A DNA stretch of 63,632 nt, filler included, from Choristocarpus tenellus KU-1152 (taxonomy: Eukaryota > Protista > Phaeophyceae): the NCBI GenBank assembly GCA_964200185.2. It is 11 parts of 11 records of this genome, joined end to end, with 100 filler letters (N's around TTAATTAATTAA, not from the genome) between each part and the next. Parts side by side here need not be neighbours in the genome. Positions count along the whole stretch, not along the records: positions 44,556 to 49,863 come from CAXNAD020011200.1; positions 49,964 to 53,219 come from CAXNAD020021227.1; positions 53,320 to 60,905 come from CAXNAD020005927.1; 8 more parts are not named here. One strand, 5' to 3'. The number at the start of each line of letters is the position of its first letter. Within the stretch, counting starts at the first letter, position 1. Shown piece after piece: positions 44,749 through 58,197 of this stretch. The notes beneath the pieces are model-generated. The model had not been told where the DNA came from and ran no database searches. It saw only the letters and a list, made by a program, of their open reading frames with translations. A program made the position numbers and the translations under genes.

Positions 44749-46933
44749 AGGAGGTGATTCATGACAAGAGGGTTAAGGTCTTGCACAGTTTGATATGGAT
44801 AGGAGGAAGGCAGCAGCCTGTTCTGCATAGAGAGGGTTCTCCATTACCCACTTTCTCTGGAGTTTACAGAGCAGCATGAAATAGGACTGCATATATCTCG
44901 CCTGCTTGTAGAGTATTCCTTGTAAAAAAATACAAAGCGTTGAAATTGAAGTGGTCAACTTGCCTAATTGTTGAAATTGAAGCCAACATAGAGAATTAAT
45001 TAGTGGTCAACTTGCCTTTCAGAAGAGAGGTTGGTTCACACATGGGAGTCAATTTGTTGCCTAATGGAGGCCAGGTGAGACATGCGGAGAATCAACCCTG
45101 TGGTTCAGCACGCAGTTAGATGTTTTTTCAATTTTCGACTCTTCAAACTCACTTGGTTTTTTGTTGGAAAACGGGAACTGTCCAAGGTGAGAGGATGGGA
45201 AAATGCAATGCCTCGAGAGTAAAATCTGAACAGTTTGTTTTGAGGGATGGATGCACCATGGAGCTAATTCAGTTCCTGTACTTAGAGTGTGTTGGGTTTA
45301 TAATCTTGTTGCTGCGAAAAATTGTAAATACTACATAAATAATTATATTCAAACGATAAAGGAGGTCAATCGTTTCGTCCACTGTTCATATTATTGGCAA
45401 TTTGGAAAGTCGTGTGCGGCCTGACCTAAAGGTATACCAAAAATATCAAAAGGCTGCATACCATCAATAATCAACCACTACAATGTGCTCCCCATGCCTC
45501 ATATATATATGAATCTTCCCAATTGATGGCACATGACCCTCACAAAGGCCCCTCCCCTCCTTGCATACACTCAACAACACAATTATTTCATGATGAACCT
45601 TGCCCACACGCTATATGCTACTTCACTCTGATAGGTCTGGTCGCCTCAGTTATCGAAGAATCTCTTGGCAAAAGGGGCTACACATGAAGGGGAAGTCCTT
45701 GTGGTGGTGGAGTATCTTAACTCTATATTTCCAATCAATACTTACTCCAAGGAGTTGCGCCAAGTGAGTGACCTTCAGGATTGGATCTTGGAAACATAGT
45801 TGCACCACTGCAATAGGGGGGAAATCTTCATTGTCATGCAAAACTATCATTAACGAGAGCATTTTTTGGGGGGGGAGGGGGAAATATGAGCCTTGTCTTA
45901 TGTACTCACACGTGACACTTTGGCTTTCATTATATTTTTTTCAGTGGCTGAGGTCATGGCCTTGTCTTTTATCAAGCCTGAATTGAGATCTTGCATCAAT
46001 CGGGCAATCTGGTTGTTAAAAACAACGCACAATGGTGGTGCCACCCCCTAAAAAAAAACGCGCAACACTCTAGAGCACCCTGTAGTTCAGGTCAGAGTTA
46101 GGGCTACCAGAGTTACGGTCAAGGAAGTGTAATATTTATTAAAGGCTACTCATGTCCTGCACTAAACAACTAAAACAAAAAATATTAAGCAGACCATCGT
46201 CAAGATCAGAATATAGTCATGCAACAACTGGATAGGCAACATACAAGCATCGGTTGAAGACTACATTGTGGTAGATTGCAGCCTACAATGGGTTCGATTT
46301 CTCCCCAGTGTCTACCTATGTCTATAGTTAACTTTTCTAAGTTTCAAATGTTCTTGCATACACCCACACAAAATCGTTCTTTTGGGGAGTCAATTTGTCC
46401 TGAAAGTCTCTCTCCTAAAACGTCGGGCGACGTATTGCTCACACCTTGTCACCACAAAAGAGAATGACTCGCTACTGCTCTGGCAGACGTTTTGATAATC
46501 AGGTAGCGCTCACTTGCCATTACAACAGTCCAGGCAATGTCTATGCCTCTTGTGAGCTGATCATACACTGTTAGTGGAGAAGAACAAGACAGCTTTGGTG
46601 GAAAACCTTTCTGAAATAGCAAGCATACAACATTTGAATACTGTGTGTTCTGTTATTCACTATACAAAGTTTAGGTAAATAGTGATTTTTCCTATAAAGA
46701 AGTCATCAGATGTCATCAGTATTATGAGAAGTCACAGCAATCCAATGGAAAAAACATCGACTTACACGTACAATTGATCCTACCTAGCCGTATGTCCTCT
46801 TGGCTTCCCCAAGACGACAATTTTCCTCAACCACTGGTGGTGCAAAAATTGTCAAATGTGAAGCAATAGAGGTCTACCATGATCTAGAAAGCACTGCTCC
46901 CTCTGTGATATTTCTCCTCTCCATCTGCTCTCC

Positions 46934-47251
46934 GAGTCAGAGCATTTTAGAGTAGAGGTGTGTCTATTTGGGGTCCAAAATCAATGTTGCAACTGAGTAC
47001 GAGTATCTTGGAGGGTAGAGCTGCGTCCATTTGGGGGCCAAAATCCAATGTTGCGATTTTGATAAACCTTGACTCGTGTTTGTTAGGAAGTGTCAGCATC
47101 CTTGTTCGAGACACACCCTTTCATACTGTAAACATTTTACCTATTCTGAAATATTTCAGAGTAGGTAAAATGTCATAAAATAACCCATGGGAAGCCAAGT
47201 CCCAAACGGACGAACAGGGCAAATATCATACCCTCTAAGATAATTTCACTC
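46934..47251 (+). mobile_element. MITE family B (46995-47251) abutting a truncated family C left end (46934-46994)
   Basis: GAGTCAGAGCATTT.. followed by GAGTACGAGTATCTT...CTAAGATAATTTCACTC. Confidence 0.8.
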
Positions 47252-47360
47252 CACAATGGTCAAGTCTTTCCAGAAGGAAATGTGCAGTGATAGAGGTCTA
47301 ACCCTAACCCTAGAAAGCACTGGTCCCACCGTGCTTATTTCTCCTTTCCATCCGTTCTCC

Positions 47361-47627
47361 AAGTCAAAGCATTTAAGAGCGTAGGGCTGTGTCCATTTGG
47401 GGTCCAAAATCCAATGTTGTGATTTTGATGTATTTTTGGCTATCGTGCTTGTTCGGAAGTGTCAATATCCTTGTCTCGGACACACCTTTAATAGTCTTAC
47501 ACATGTTAGGGTTAGGGTTAGGGTTCAAACCGAAAACCGAAAAAGGGCATAAAAAACTCATGGGAAGTAGTCAAGTCCCAAACAGACAAAGAGGGAAAAA
47601 CTCTAACCCTAGTAGATGTTTTGAGTC
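47361..47627 (+). mobile_element. MITE family C copy carrying telomere-type tracts
   Basis: CTCC|AAGTCAAAGCATTT...AGATGTTTTGAGTC|TTCC; G(TTAGGG)3TT at 47505-47525. Confidence 0.85.
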
Positions 47628-48914
47628 TTCCTTGCAATCACCTCAGCAGCCATTTCCTTTATCAAAAATAATAATCGATATCCTGATCCTCCAATCACAT
47701 CTTGATCGCATGATTTCTTCACCCAACATGATGTCTGCACCTTGCCACTCTGACAGATTCTAGCACCTGAATTTCTGCTGGTCTCTGCATCCCATGGGAC
47801 CATCCTGAGAGAGTGGGAAAATGAGCAGCCTGTAAACCCCTCTGATATACCTGAGGTTCAACTTTCCCTAATTCACTGTGATAGGGTCATTGTGGTCGTA
47901 TTGGGCACACTCAGGGTCACCGTCATGAGGTGATGGTTTGGTACAAAAAGGGGTGGCCGAGTACCCCCAAAGACTCGTTTTCATTTCTGTCCTTTTTGTC
48001 TTTGCACTACCCATTACCATCCACCAATGAAGAGCTGATGTAATCTTCTTCATCCATCAGATCATTCAAAACTTTTGGAACTTCTGAAATACTAATCTCT
48101 CTCGTGTTCATTCCATCCTTGGTACCTGCTGCTCACTATTCCCAACAAGCACTGCTTCAAACTTTGTGTACAGATCTGTCCCCGCCACTGATCAGAGAGT
48201 GTAGTCCTCCAGTGCACATTCTGGTTCCATCAAAATCATCCTCAAAGGACATATGGTCCCCTAAGTCTTTTTCCTTACTCTACCTCCATAAGAAAAGGGT
48301 CATGTTGCAAGGACGAGATTGGTATGTCAGCGGAAGGGACCAAGACTGGAAATTCTTTCCATGTTACGACTCTTCATCAAGGAGACGTGTTCCCACCTCA
48401 CAGTGGGCAAAATAGGGGAGGTGGACGGCGCCCCGAAGCGATTGGTACAGGTCTGGCTTCGCAGGTATGTGAGAGGGATAGGAGACAATTTAGTAGATAG
48501 ATCAAAAGCTATATAGGTCAGAGATCCAATTTTGCTCTCTGCCTCTCCTTACACAGTTGTCGAAATAAATTTTCATTATTCTAGGGTCAATTGTGTCTTA
48601 GGGCAGAGGTCAGTCACTAGTCAGGGCATTTGTAACCCTTGTATTGTTAATGCCAACACTCTCCCTCCACAACACAAATCTTCTTGGTCTACAGCTTGAT
48701 CTGTATTACCCATTTCATTACAGGAATCTGGTGAGGAGTGGGAGGACTTCACCTCTTGCTCAGTGACAGTTGCATCACGTAATGCAGAGGTTCTGGAGAT
48801 TGATGCCAACATCTTCAACGATGTCATTTATCCAGGAATAGTCCTTCACTACAATATGGAGGCAAGTGTGGGGAATAGTGCTAGAGGGAGAGTCCAGGAC
48901 ACAGTGCTAGATTC

Positions 48915-49176
48915 GAGCCAAAGTATCTTAGGGTTAGGGTAGAGCCGCATCCATTTGGGGACCAAAATCCAATGTTGCGATTTTGGTGTAATTTTGGCTA
49001 TTGTGTTTGCTAGGAAGTGTCAATATCCATATTCTGGACACACCATTTCATAATGCATATATTTTTCCTACTCTGAAATATTTTGAAGTAGGAAAATGTC
49101 ATTAAAAAGACATGGGAATTCAAGACCCAAATGGGCAAACAGGGCAAAACTTGCACCCTCTGAGATACTTTCACTC
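48915..49176 (+). mobile_element. MITE family B, full copy, TTAGGG tract in left TIR
   Basis: GAGCCAAAGTATCTTAGGGTTAGGGTAG...GAGATACTTTCACTC. Confidence 0.9.
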
Positions 49177-49621
49177 ACATGTATCCATGAGATGCCGTGG
49201 GGTGCAGGAATTCAGAGTAGGGTGGGAGATTACCTTGTGGATCTGTCAGGGACACTCAGACCTCACAGGCTTCACACCATTTTGCAAAAAGAATGGGATT
49301 ATACTCCGTATCAAGTGGCACTTGGTACATGTGGGGACTTACCCAAGCCCTAATCTTAAGACTAACCCTAAGACTAAGTAAGCACTTACCTACCACAAGT
49401 GAAATAATGCCATTGTAGTCCTTACTTGAGTGGTGGCTCAAGAGCATATGTTGTACCAATCCCATTAAAAAATAAATTCTATTTGTGGAGAAAAAAACAA
49501 TTTCCAACAAAATAATGTTCATTCCTGTCATAAATATACAATATTTGGGGCACATCCTCAAAATAACAGAATTTGTTAGAAGTTTACTCTTATATTTTAT
49601 ATTCTGAAGATATTTTACCCA

Positions 49622-49826
49622 GTCATATTTCCGATATTGGTGTGAGGGACAAATTTTCAGACAACAAGATGATGAAATGTTGACAAATCAACACTGAAAT
49701 CTGGACAACTTGTGCTCGTAAGGGGAAATCGTTTTGGAAGGATTCGAATTAATGCCTATGTACCAGGGACCCGTTTGTACATCTTTTGCAGATAGGAAAG
49801 TGATACATACAAATAATTGTACATGT
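49622..49826 (+). repeat. Dispersed unclassified repeat, copy 2 of 1350-1565
   Basis: Alignment by eye; a MITE A left end follows at 49837-49863. Confidence 0.7.
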
Positions 49827-49863
49827 TTTCGTAGATGGCTCAAGTATCTGGGGGGGGGGGGTG

Positions 49864-49963
49864 NNNNNNNNNNNNNNNNNNNNNNNNNNNNNNNNNNNNN
49901 NNNNNNNTTAATTAATTAANNNNNNNNNNNNNNNNNNNNNNNNNNNNNNNNNNNNNNNNNNNN
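49864..49963. other. Artificial contig linker
   Basis: N44-TTAATTAATTAA-N44. Confidence 0.98.
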
Positions 49964-50203
49964 TCCCTTTCTTCCTCTCCCCTGTTTTTTTTCTTTTTTT
50001 TTTTTTTTTTTTTTTTTTGTGGTGGTGGGGAATATCTCTTTCGCTTGGTCTTTTTTTTTTTCCGCTCTTTTACCGGTGCTTGTTGAATACCGCCATTGTG
50101 ATACCGGCTCTTGATGGAGGGTGGTCTTACCCCCCTCCTCGCTGTCCTCCTCCTGGTGGTGCTCTGCTCTGTGTCTCTCTCCTTGCAAAAAAAAAAAAAA
50201 AAG

Positions 50204-51349
50204 TGCCTGGCGTGTGGGAAGGCTGGTGCTGATGGGGATGTGAGGGAGGCTGACGTTGACCCAGAAGTGGTGGTGAAGTGCATGCTCAATACCTGTGGGA
50301 GGTACTACCATAAGGTGACCAGTCTGTTGCGTTTGAAGTGTTGGTATGAGCTTGCAAGTGTTTGATGAAGTAAAAAGGTTATTTATTTTATTTTATTCAG
50401 ATAATATTGGTCTGCTCTCGGAATATTTATTTTATTTCATTTTTTTTAATTTTATTTCATTTTATTTGTGTGTGTGTGTTTGTTTCTTTTACCGAGTATA
50501 TATTTTTATTGTACATAGTAGTGCTAACGACAATACTTCTTTTAGTGGCATTTCGGTGCTAATGACAAAAAAAACTGTATGTATCGCTGAAATAATCCCC
50601 CCCCCCTCCCCCATTGTTGTGGAGTTCTGTGGGAGGGGTAGCGCAGGAGGCATTTTTTTGTAGTCGAAGTGTCCAATGGTGTGTGCCAATGGCATATGAG
50701 AGGCTACTACTAGTAGTATAGAAGAGAGCATTAGCGCTCTGATTTGGATCTGGATCTTAATCTGGCTTGTTCAGTTTGGTTGGTTTTTTTCTTTTTTCTT
50801 TTTTCTTTTCAATCAACATTTGCGTTTGGTGACCCAATTCTTGATCTTGATACATGGTAGAATTGATTTATTTATTTTTTATTTATTTTATTTTATTTTA
50901 TTTTTATTTACCAAGCGACTGAGTGGAACTGAACATTGTGAGTGTTCTTTGAAAATTGGGGCTGGTTGGAGGGTGAGTAGTGTCAGTCCTTGGAGGGGAA
51001 GATATAATTTGCGTTTGGGAGGACTGTGACTACTAACAGCTCTACGTTCTTAGCACTCTATTATTGTTATCACCGTTGGCGTTTGTGTAGCTGTGACTGT
51101 GTAACGGGAAGTATTGTACTCTGCTGTTGTTGCACCTCTCAAATATGAGTGTGTTCGTGAGGATCTCGTAACATCAAGTAATTTTTTTGTTATGTGTATG
51201 GCACTGGAGTCCAGAGCGCAGTCCTGTGTCTTCCTCTGGAGACGAGGATCGCCTGTGCATGTTGTATCAAATCCCAAGTGTGTGTTTAGAGTCGGGGTTT
51301 GGATGTGGTGGACAGTGTCCTCGCCCTTGTCCCCCATCCCTCACAAGGT

Positions 51350-51380
<31 letters not shown>

Positions 51381-51807
51381 AACTGCGCTTTGCTTGTTTC
51401 GCACGGACCGACGCCCGACTGTAATGTTGAAACCCTTTCCTTTTTTTTTTTCTTTACGCCCATTTTTGTTACTTTTTTCGTCCATTTTTTTAAAATATTA
51501 TATATTGTTTTATTTTTATTTTTATTTTTCATTGTTTCAGGCGTGTCTGCACAACATGCAACCCATGCGAACAAGCTTCACGAAGGAGGGACACTTCAAG
51601 TGTCCACAACACTACTGCAATGACTGTGGGAAGAGCTCCATCAACCTCGGCCCACGGTCACTTATAAAGGTATTCAGCAAACACAGTTATCGTGATTTTT
51701 TTTAACTTTTTTATCTCTAGAGTTACAGATTTTAAATATTTCAATTTAAAAAAAAATGCTTCAGTGCTATGTTTGCAATCTCAAAAATATACCCTTTGAC
51801 AGACAAC

Positions 51808-51859
<52 letters not shown>

Positions 51860-52670
51860 AGTTAAACCTTGTGTATTATTTCTATTGATGTTTTGTGCTG
51901 CTGTTTGATGTACTTGGGATTGAATGAAACGAAACTGTCAATTCGTTGGTTTTGTTCACAATAAATAATAATGTGTTGCTGCAGACTTTGCCATCTCAAA
52001 AAAAAAAAAACTGTCTGAGGAGGGATAGGGTTAGGGTTAGATTTTATTACTTCATGATGAGACACAAGAGGCTTCTTGTTTCCAGGGGAAGGAGGGGGGG
52101 TGGGGGAGAACTGGAAATGTTCCTGACTATTTCGAATCATGATTCCAGGATCTTTATCACAATGCAAAATTGATCCAACAAACAAGATTTGCCTCCCTGT
52201 CTCCGTTGTCAATATTGGAATCTAAACACCCCCCCCCCCTGCACCAGTGCCTACGCTGCCCGAAGAGCCGGTGCCACCAATGTGTAGAAAAGAGCCGGTG
52301 CCTGTTGAAGGGAAAATCTATGGTCTGCAGTGACCACCCCTGGGACGCGGGGGAGTTGTTGATGTTTGAAGAACAGCAGCGTAGAAAGAGAGAGGGGCCT
52401 GAGAAGGGAAAGAGGAAGGTGGGAAATAGGGTGAACCGCTTATTTGGATTTCTTAGGGTTAGTTCGTTGGAGGTTGGAGTGAGAAGGGTTAGGGTTCAGA
52501 TGAAAGGTTAGGGTTGTACATACGATGAAATAGAGTCAGTGGAGGGTGCTCTGGTAGTCATATGGCCACACTACGGAAGGTCTTCAAGGGCTACAGAGTG
52601 GGAAAGGGGCTGTACTCTCTACTTCTGTTTGGTCCTAATATTTGATTGGCTGCTTCAATAAACGTAGTAA

Positions 52671-52720
<50 letters not shown>

Positions 52721-52946
52721 CTGTTCTGCTTACCCCTACTACCAACCATGACTGCTTTGACCCTTGACCCTTGGGTGTTGCTGTTGCTGTTGCTGTGATC
52801 GTGAATAGGTAAGGAGTGGACCGATGCCCTCACTTCAGTTCAGCAAGGAGCGTGGTGAGGAGCTTGCTAAAATAAAGGCACCAGTATGTTACTTCTGCAA
52901 GGGGGAGATAGACGACCCTAATGCTGTGGAGGGGTCGTTCATTAGG
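50204..52946 (+). CDS. NSD-type PHD zinc-finger chromatin protein, partial, 4 exons
   Basis: Exons 50204-50314, 51541-51669, 52248-52418, 52809(or 52839)-52946 splice to CLAC..KCMLNTCGRYYHK|AC..FKCPQHYCNDC..LIK|CLRCP..CHQC..VCSDH, the tandem PHD pattern of NSD/MES-4 proteins. No SET domain in the contig. Confidence 0.8.
52664..52720 (+). repeat. (TAG)n microsatellite
   Basis: Read directly. Confidence 0.95.
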
Positions 52947-53219
52947 GTACGCCAAGCCAAAGCCAAAGTTGATGCTATCTGTGTTTACAATTGGTTGGGA
53001 GTGTGGAGGAGGGAGGGGGGGGGAGTTTGCAGGAGGGTATATTTTTTAGGTCTTCCCTCAAGCGCGCTCGATGTTTTTCTTATCTTGTTGTTTTGTTGGT
53101 GTGGTCCTCCAAGCGTTAGGGATTGCACCTTGTGATGGAGGTGTGTATTATTATTTTTTTGTGTTTGTGCCTATATTGCAATGGTGATGACCATGACGAC
53201 ACTATTTTATTTGGGGGGG

Positions 53220-53319
53220 NNNNNNNNNNNNNNNNNNNNNNNNNNNNNNNNNNNNNNNNNNNNTTAATTAATTAANNNNNNNNNNNNNNNNNNNNNNNNN
53301 NNNNNNNNNNNNNNNNNNN
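53220..53319. other. Artificial contig linker
   Basis: N44-TTAATTAATTAA-N44. Confidence 0.98.
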
Positions 53320-53359
53320 AAAAAACAGATTCGACGACAACAACCACCCCCCCCACACC

Positions 53360-53504
53360 CACCCCCCCCCCCCCCCCCCCCAGATACTTTGACCCCTCTC
53401 CTAAACATTTTGAAGTAGGAAAATGTCATAAAAGAACCCATGGAAAGCCAAGCCCCAAATGGACAAACAGGCCAAAACCCGTACCCTCTAAGATACTTTC
53501 ACTC
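53360..53504 (+). mobile_element. MITE family A terminus (ends 53395) nested in family B (ends 53504)
   Basis: CAGATACTTTGACCC followed by internal family B sequence to CTAAGATACTTTCACTC. Confidence 0.82.
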
Positions 53505-53969
53505 GGTGTGACTCCTTGCGTCTTCTTCATGCACAATGGAGCCTATTATGTTGAAGTCAATGTTTGGTGCCCAAATCTGACCTGCCTATGAACTACTGTG
53601 TATACCATTTCGATAGGAGAGCTCAAACATCAAATTCGCAAAAAGAGAAAAAAACAGCTCTCTTGAACTGATACTGGTGCAAAATACAGACCGATGGATG
53701 AATTTATAACAATTACTTGGTTGTACGCAATGTGTACGTGAGAGATGAGAAGGCAGATGTATATAGCAGGTACAAGCAAGGATTTCTTCATTTTTGATAT
53801 TTTTTGTTTTTGAAACAAGTAATGCATGTGAACGGGCGAGTCTGTGCATGAAGGACAAGAGCTTGTATTGGTAGTGAGGTGGAGTAGCATGGTAAGGTGC
53901 AGGTTTTGGAGAAGATGTATAGTAGGATTCAAAACTTCAAACAACCTGGAAAGCGGAAAAACAGCTCTA

Positions 53970-54227
53970 AGTCAAAGCATTTAAGAGGGTAGGGATACGT
54001 CCGTTTGGGGTCATTAATCCAATGTTGTGATTTTGGTGAATTTTGGCTATCGTGTTTGTCAGCAAGTGTCAATATCCTTGCTCCGGACACACCTTCAATA
54101 CTTGTGTACATTTTGGGTAACTGTATTCACACAGAAAACCACAAAAAGGGCATAAAAAAAACATGGGCAGCCAAGCCCCAAACGGACGAACAGGGTGAAA
54201 CTCCTACCCTCTCAAACGCTTTGGGTC
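53970..54227 (+). mobile_element. MITE family C, full copy flanked by TCTA
   Basis: TCTA|AGTCAAAGCATTTAAGAGGGTAGG...CCTACCCTCTCAAACGCTTTGGGTC|TCTA. Confidence 0.88.
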
Positions 54228-56059
54228 TCTACAGAGACCATAAGTCTGAAAGAACTCGGTACTTAAGTGGGAAGCAATCAAAGAGCCGGTGCTATTTAGC
54301 TTTTTTAGTTCTCAGTATTTAATTTTCGGAAGAAGGGTGCGCAAGCATGGGCGAGCCTACCAGTGAGTGAGGGCAATAGACGAGGCTGCTGATGCACAGA
54401 CAGGGACGGATGAATGCACAGGGATTTCTTGGTTTCATACAGCACATATGTGAAAGGGACTCAAATAACTAGTACTGTGAAGATTTATTTGTTTCAGGAT
54501 TTTTATTCTTGGGAGGAGTATGCATGAGTGTGAAGGTGAGCTTACGTGCTCGGATGAGAACCAGAACTTGGTGATGTACAGACTGGCAATGTACAGACAC
54601 AAATGGGTGGATGGGTGGGAGTTACTAGGTTTCACACGGTTCGTACGTGAGTGGAACCCAAAAAGTCGGTTCTGGCGTAAGTTCTTTTTGTTTCCATGAT
54701 GATAAAATAAGTTGTATGCGTGAGTGCAAGGCCGTGCCTATGCATGAGGACAAAAGAGCCGCTACTGGCAATGTACAGGCACAGATAACAGATAGACCGA
54801 CAGCAATTACCTTGTTCTGATACGATGTGCACATGAGAGAGTCAGCACTGGCAATGTTTACTATGTTTTATACCCTGTGTGCATGAGAAAGCCTCTACTG
54901 TTGACACACGCAGATAGACTGCTGGACATACAGGAAATACTTGGTTATACACGGTATGTATATTGGAGGGGGTCAAAAGACTATGTAAGGGCCCCTATCG
55001 GGGAACAATTATAGTGACCTCAAACACTGATGCAAACAACAATAATGTATCACTATGTAGTATAACCGTAGTAACATTGGAAACACCCTTTTTCGGGGAA
55101 GCAAACAGAGATGATTTTTCAGTGGCCCCGCTGATTTCGACAACAAAGTGGAGATTGCCACAGATTGCATACTGGGGAGTCATTAGGTCAGTATGGCAAG
55201 TAGAATTTGTGCTGCTGATATATAGATATAGATAGACCAATGATAGCATAATGTTCAATTTGTCATACCTTGATTGGTTTCTTTCACAACCACACCCTAC
55301 CACCAACTCCACTATTCTTGTACGCTGTTACGCCCTCTGATGTTTTGCAGATGTAGCAGGGGAGGAAAAAGACTATAATGTAGGCGACCCATACATACAA
55401 AAATGTTTCGTACAAGAATGGCCACTTTCAAAAGACTTCGTTATAGAAAAGAAAAACTATACAAGGTCATCTAGGAGCCTGTTCCCTACTGAAACAATTC
55501 TAGTTGCTACTGTTACTTCAGCCTAGTCCTATAAAGGTGGATGAGGACCTTTTCCAATTCAGACTCTCACACTCGTTTTGTCATATTGGTAATGGTATTG
55601 TGTAATTGTGTCTTACTATGTACTGTACTGCTTCCTCTGTTCAGCATCAGTTCGAACAACATACAGGGCAGGCTATAAATGCAGAATGTGGTACCCTATT
55701 TCTAATCTTTTTTGTGGATGTCTTGCAAAACCCAATTTTGAGGTTATGTGATAGCCACCTTCATGTTAAGGTGTACCTCAGAGTCTGTTTCCTCCTATGA
55801 CATTAGCGTTGCTTCCTAGTGACGTTAATAACAGGTTGTCGAGTGGAGCTCACAAAGTTCGCTCACTTACTTACCTTGCCACCCCTGTCCCGATGTACCT
55901 TCTGAGGCTTGCTTACCTTCCTGCCTTGTCTCACTCCGTTACATTCCTCCTGTGGGTCTTGCCACTCCTCTTCAGTCCGAAGAACCTGTCTTTTACAGTT
56001 TCCCTAAAATCTTAGTGAAATCCGAATTTGCCAACCAATTCTACACTTCCCATTGCGCA

Positions 56060-56725
56060 GCTGCAAGAAATTCCATCCTGATGTGGTATTTTTCCTCCTC
56101 CAACAAGGATGCTAGTGAGCAGTTTCCCTCCCTTTTACAACTTGTTGATGTCAGGATAAGGCTCATAATTGTTACCCTTGCCAGCAGCATTCCAGGGCCT
56201 CCTGGAGGTATTGATCAAACGCTTCAATTGCGGCCTTGATCAGGTCCTTGGCTCAAACTCACCATTCAGTTGCTGGATGGAGTAGAAGAGGCCAAGGTCG
56301 AGAACATTGAGGTGTGGTGAGTTGGCTGGTTATGTTTCCAGTGTGTTTGGTGTTGCCCTCCCCTGCAGTGCCAATGACTTCAATATGCCCATCCTAAGGG
56401 TGTGATTTGGCACTGTCCTGCTGGATGAGTGTACTGGGTTTCAACGAGCCCACTCTCAGTGTGTGACTTGGCATCGTCCTGCTGGATGAGATGATGGGTG
56501 TATAACAGACATCCCTGGCATCCTTGAGCTGATAGCATAGATGACGTCATCAATCATCACCTGCCTTTACCTTTCCTCATCCACGGTAACTGGTTTGATT
56601 TCCATGGTGCCAGCAGAACATTCCATTTTCGAGCTTTGCCTTCATGATCTCGATGGTGCCCAGATGTCAATCGTACCATCAAACCAGACCCTGTTGGATA
56701 GTTCCCGAGGCCAACAGAAAAAAGG
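56060..56725 (-). mobile_element. Tc1/mariner (plant/oomycete DD39D-like) transposase remnant
   Basis: WFDGTIDIWA, AGTMEIKPVTV, VIYAI, LIQQDDAKSH (QQDNA-x-x-H), *PANSPHLNVLDLGLFYSIQ (QP-x-NSPDLNVLDLG), GNNY; stops, frameshifts and a roughly 60-bp internal duplication. Confidence 0.88.
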
Positions 56726-58197
56726 ACATCCTTCATAAATTATTCGTAGAGATATAATTCTTCTTCGAAGTATGACATAAAATATCATGGGGAAAACTCA
56801 TGACGTTTACTTCTTACTTCCAATATTGCTTTCTCTCAGCATTGTTATGATTCTTGGTCGTCTCTTAAGCACAATAATACCCCTTAACACATCTCCAAAT
56901 GGTAGAGGGCAAGAAAAAAATACATTTATCATGCACTGTCTTGGTTTAAACCTTGACATTCCCTCTCATATTTGTATTACAAAGAATATTTCAATGTACT
57001 ATCAATACCTTCATTCATACAGATTTACTTCCAACAACAATAAAAATTCCCCATCAAGTTCTCTACCTTTATTTTACAACCTTCCCCTCCACACAATACA
57101 CGAATACAATTCTCACAAAAATACATGCCTTCAGCAAACACCTAAGTCATGATTTTTTCTCTTCAACAAAATTTTTAGTCCTTACAATTTCCACACCCCC
57201 TCGAAGCATAATGAGCACGCAGCTGTCGAGGAACCCATAAACTCAACATAAAGGCAGGGTTGGATTCATCCTTGATACTACCTTGTTCAGAGAACATGTT
57301 TCTCTTGACAACAATGAGTACATAGTCTTGGTATAAGTGGAGGATTCCAACTGTAGTGTGTAGGGGACGATGGTAACACTGATGATGGTGGTGCCGATAA
57401 TGTTTCTGGTATTGGTGGGGATGATGGAGATTCTGTCAAGCATGGTCATTTGGGATAGAGGAACAGAAAAAGGCGGAATGTTGTGGAGTATAGGGGTATG
57501 GGTTATATATGTAAGGCTTTATGTATAACATAGGATGTATTGAGCCCAGAGTCGGATATTGAAACCCACAGTGTTATTTTCTATATCGAGAACATGCTTT
57601 CTGTTTTGAGAAAAAGTATATTATATAAAGCAATCAGTTGATGGAAGAGAACAGTTTGTCATGGAAGCGTTTAGGAATAAGAATCAATTTAGCAAGTAGT
57701 CTGTGATTAGCAATTAGTCATATACAAAGTAGGATTGATTTGGTGGCAAGAACCCTCCTCCTTGTGAACTTGAAGGTTCGCTCCTCCTTTCTCCTTCCTT
57801 ACTTCATCAATAACCTATCCAACTCAACAAGGAGTAAGTGAAATTATTTGCATACATAAACCTTTGAAGCAACAGGTTTAACATCCTAGAAACTACTTTT
57901 TTTGTAGTCATTGAGTTCTGCGAGACAGGAGTGAAGTGGACTTTTCTTGTGAAGTTTGTAGTTTATAAGTGGCAAGGTGCTTGTTGATATGAGGCCTAAT
58001 CTAGCAGCATATCATGCGTATGTACACGCTCTTTTTGGACTTTAAGGCCGAAAAATAATATTATGTTATTATCGTATTGTACCTGACCAACTCTGTTGCT
58101 GTAGTCACTGGTGCATCAGAATGCATCTGATAAACATTCCTCTAGATGTCAAACGGTCAACAAAACATAGTGTTCCTATTCCCCGAAAATCTCAATG

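Noticed and set aside
44750-48900. Short ORFs in this contig as genes
   Set aside because: No motifs or consistent exon chain; interleaved with MITEs
49912-50311. Lys-rich minus-strand ORFs
   Set aside because: Produced by T-runs and antisense to a real PHD exon
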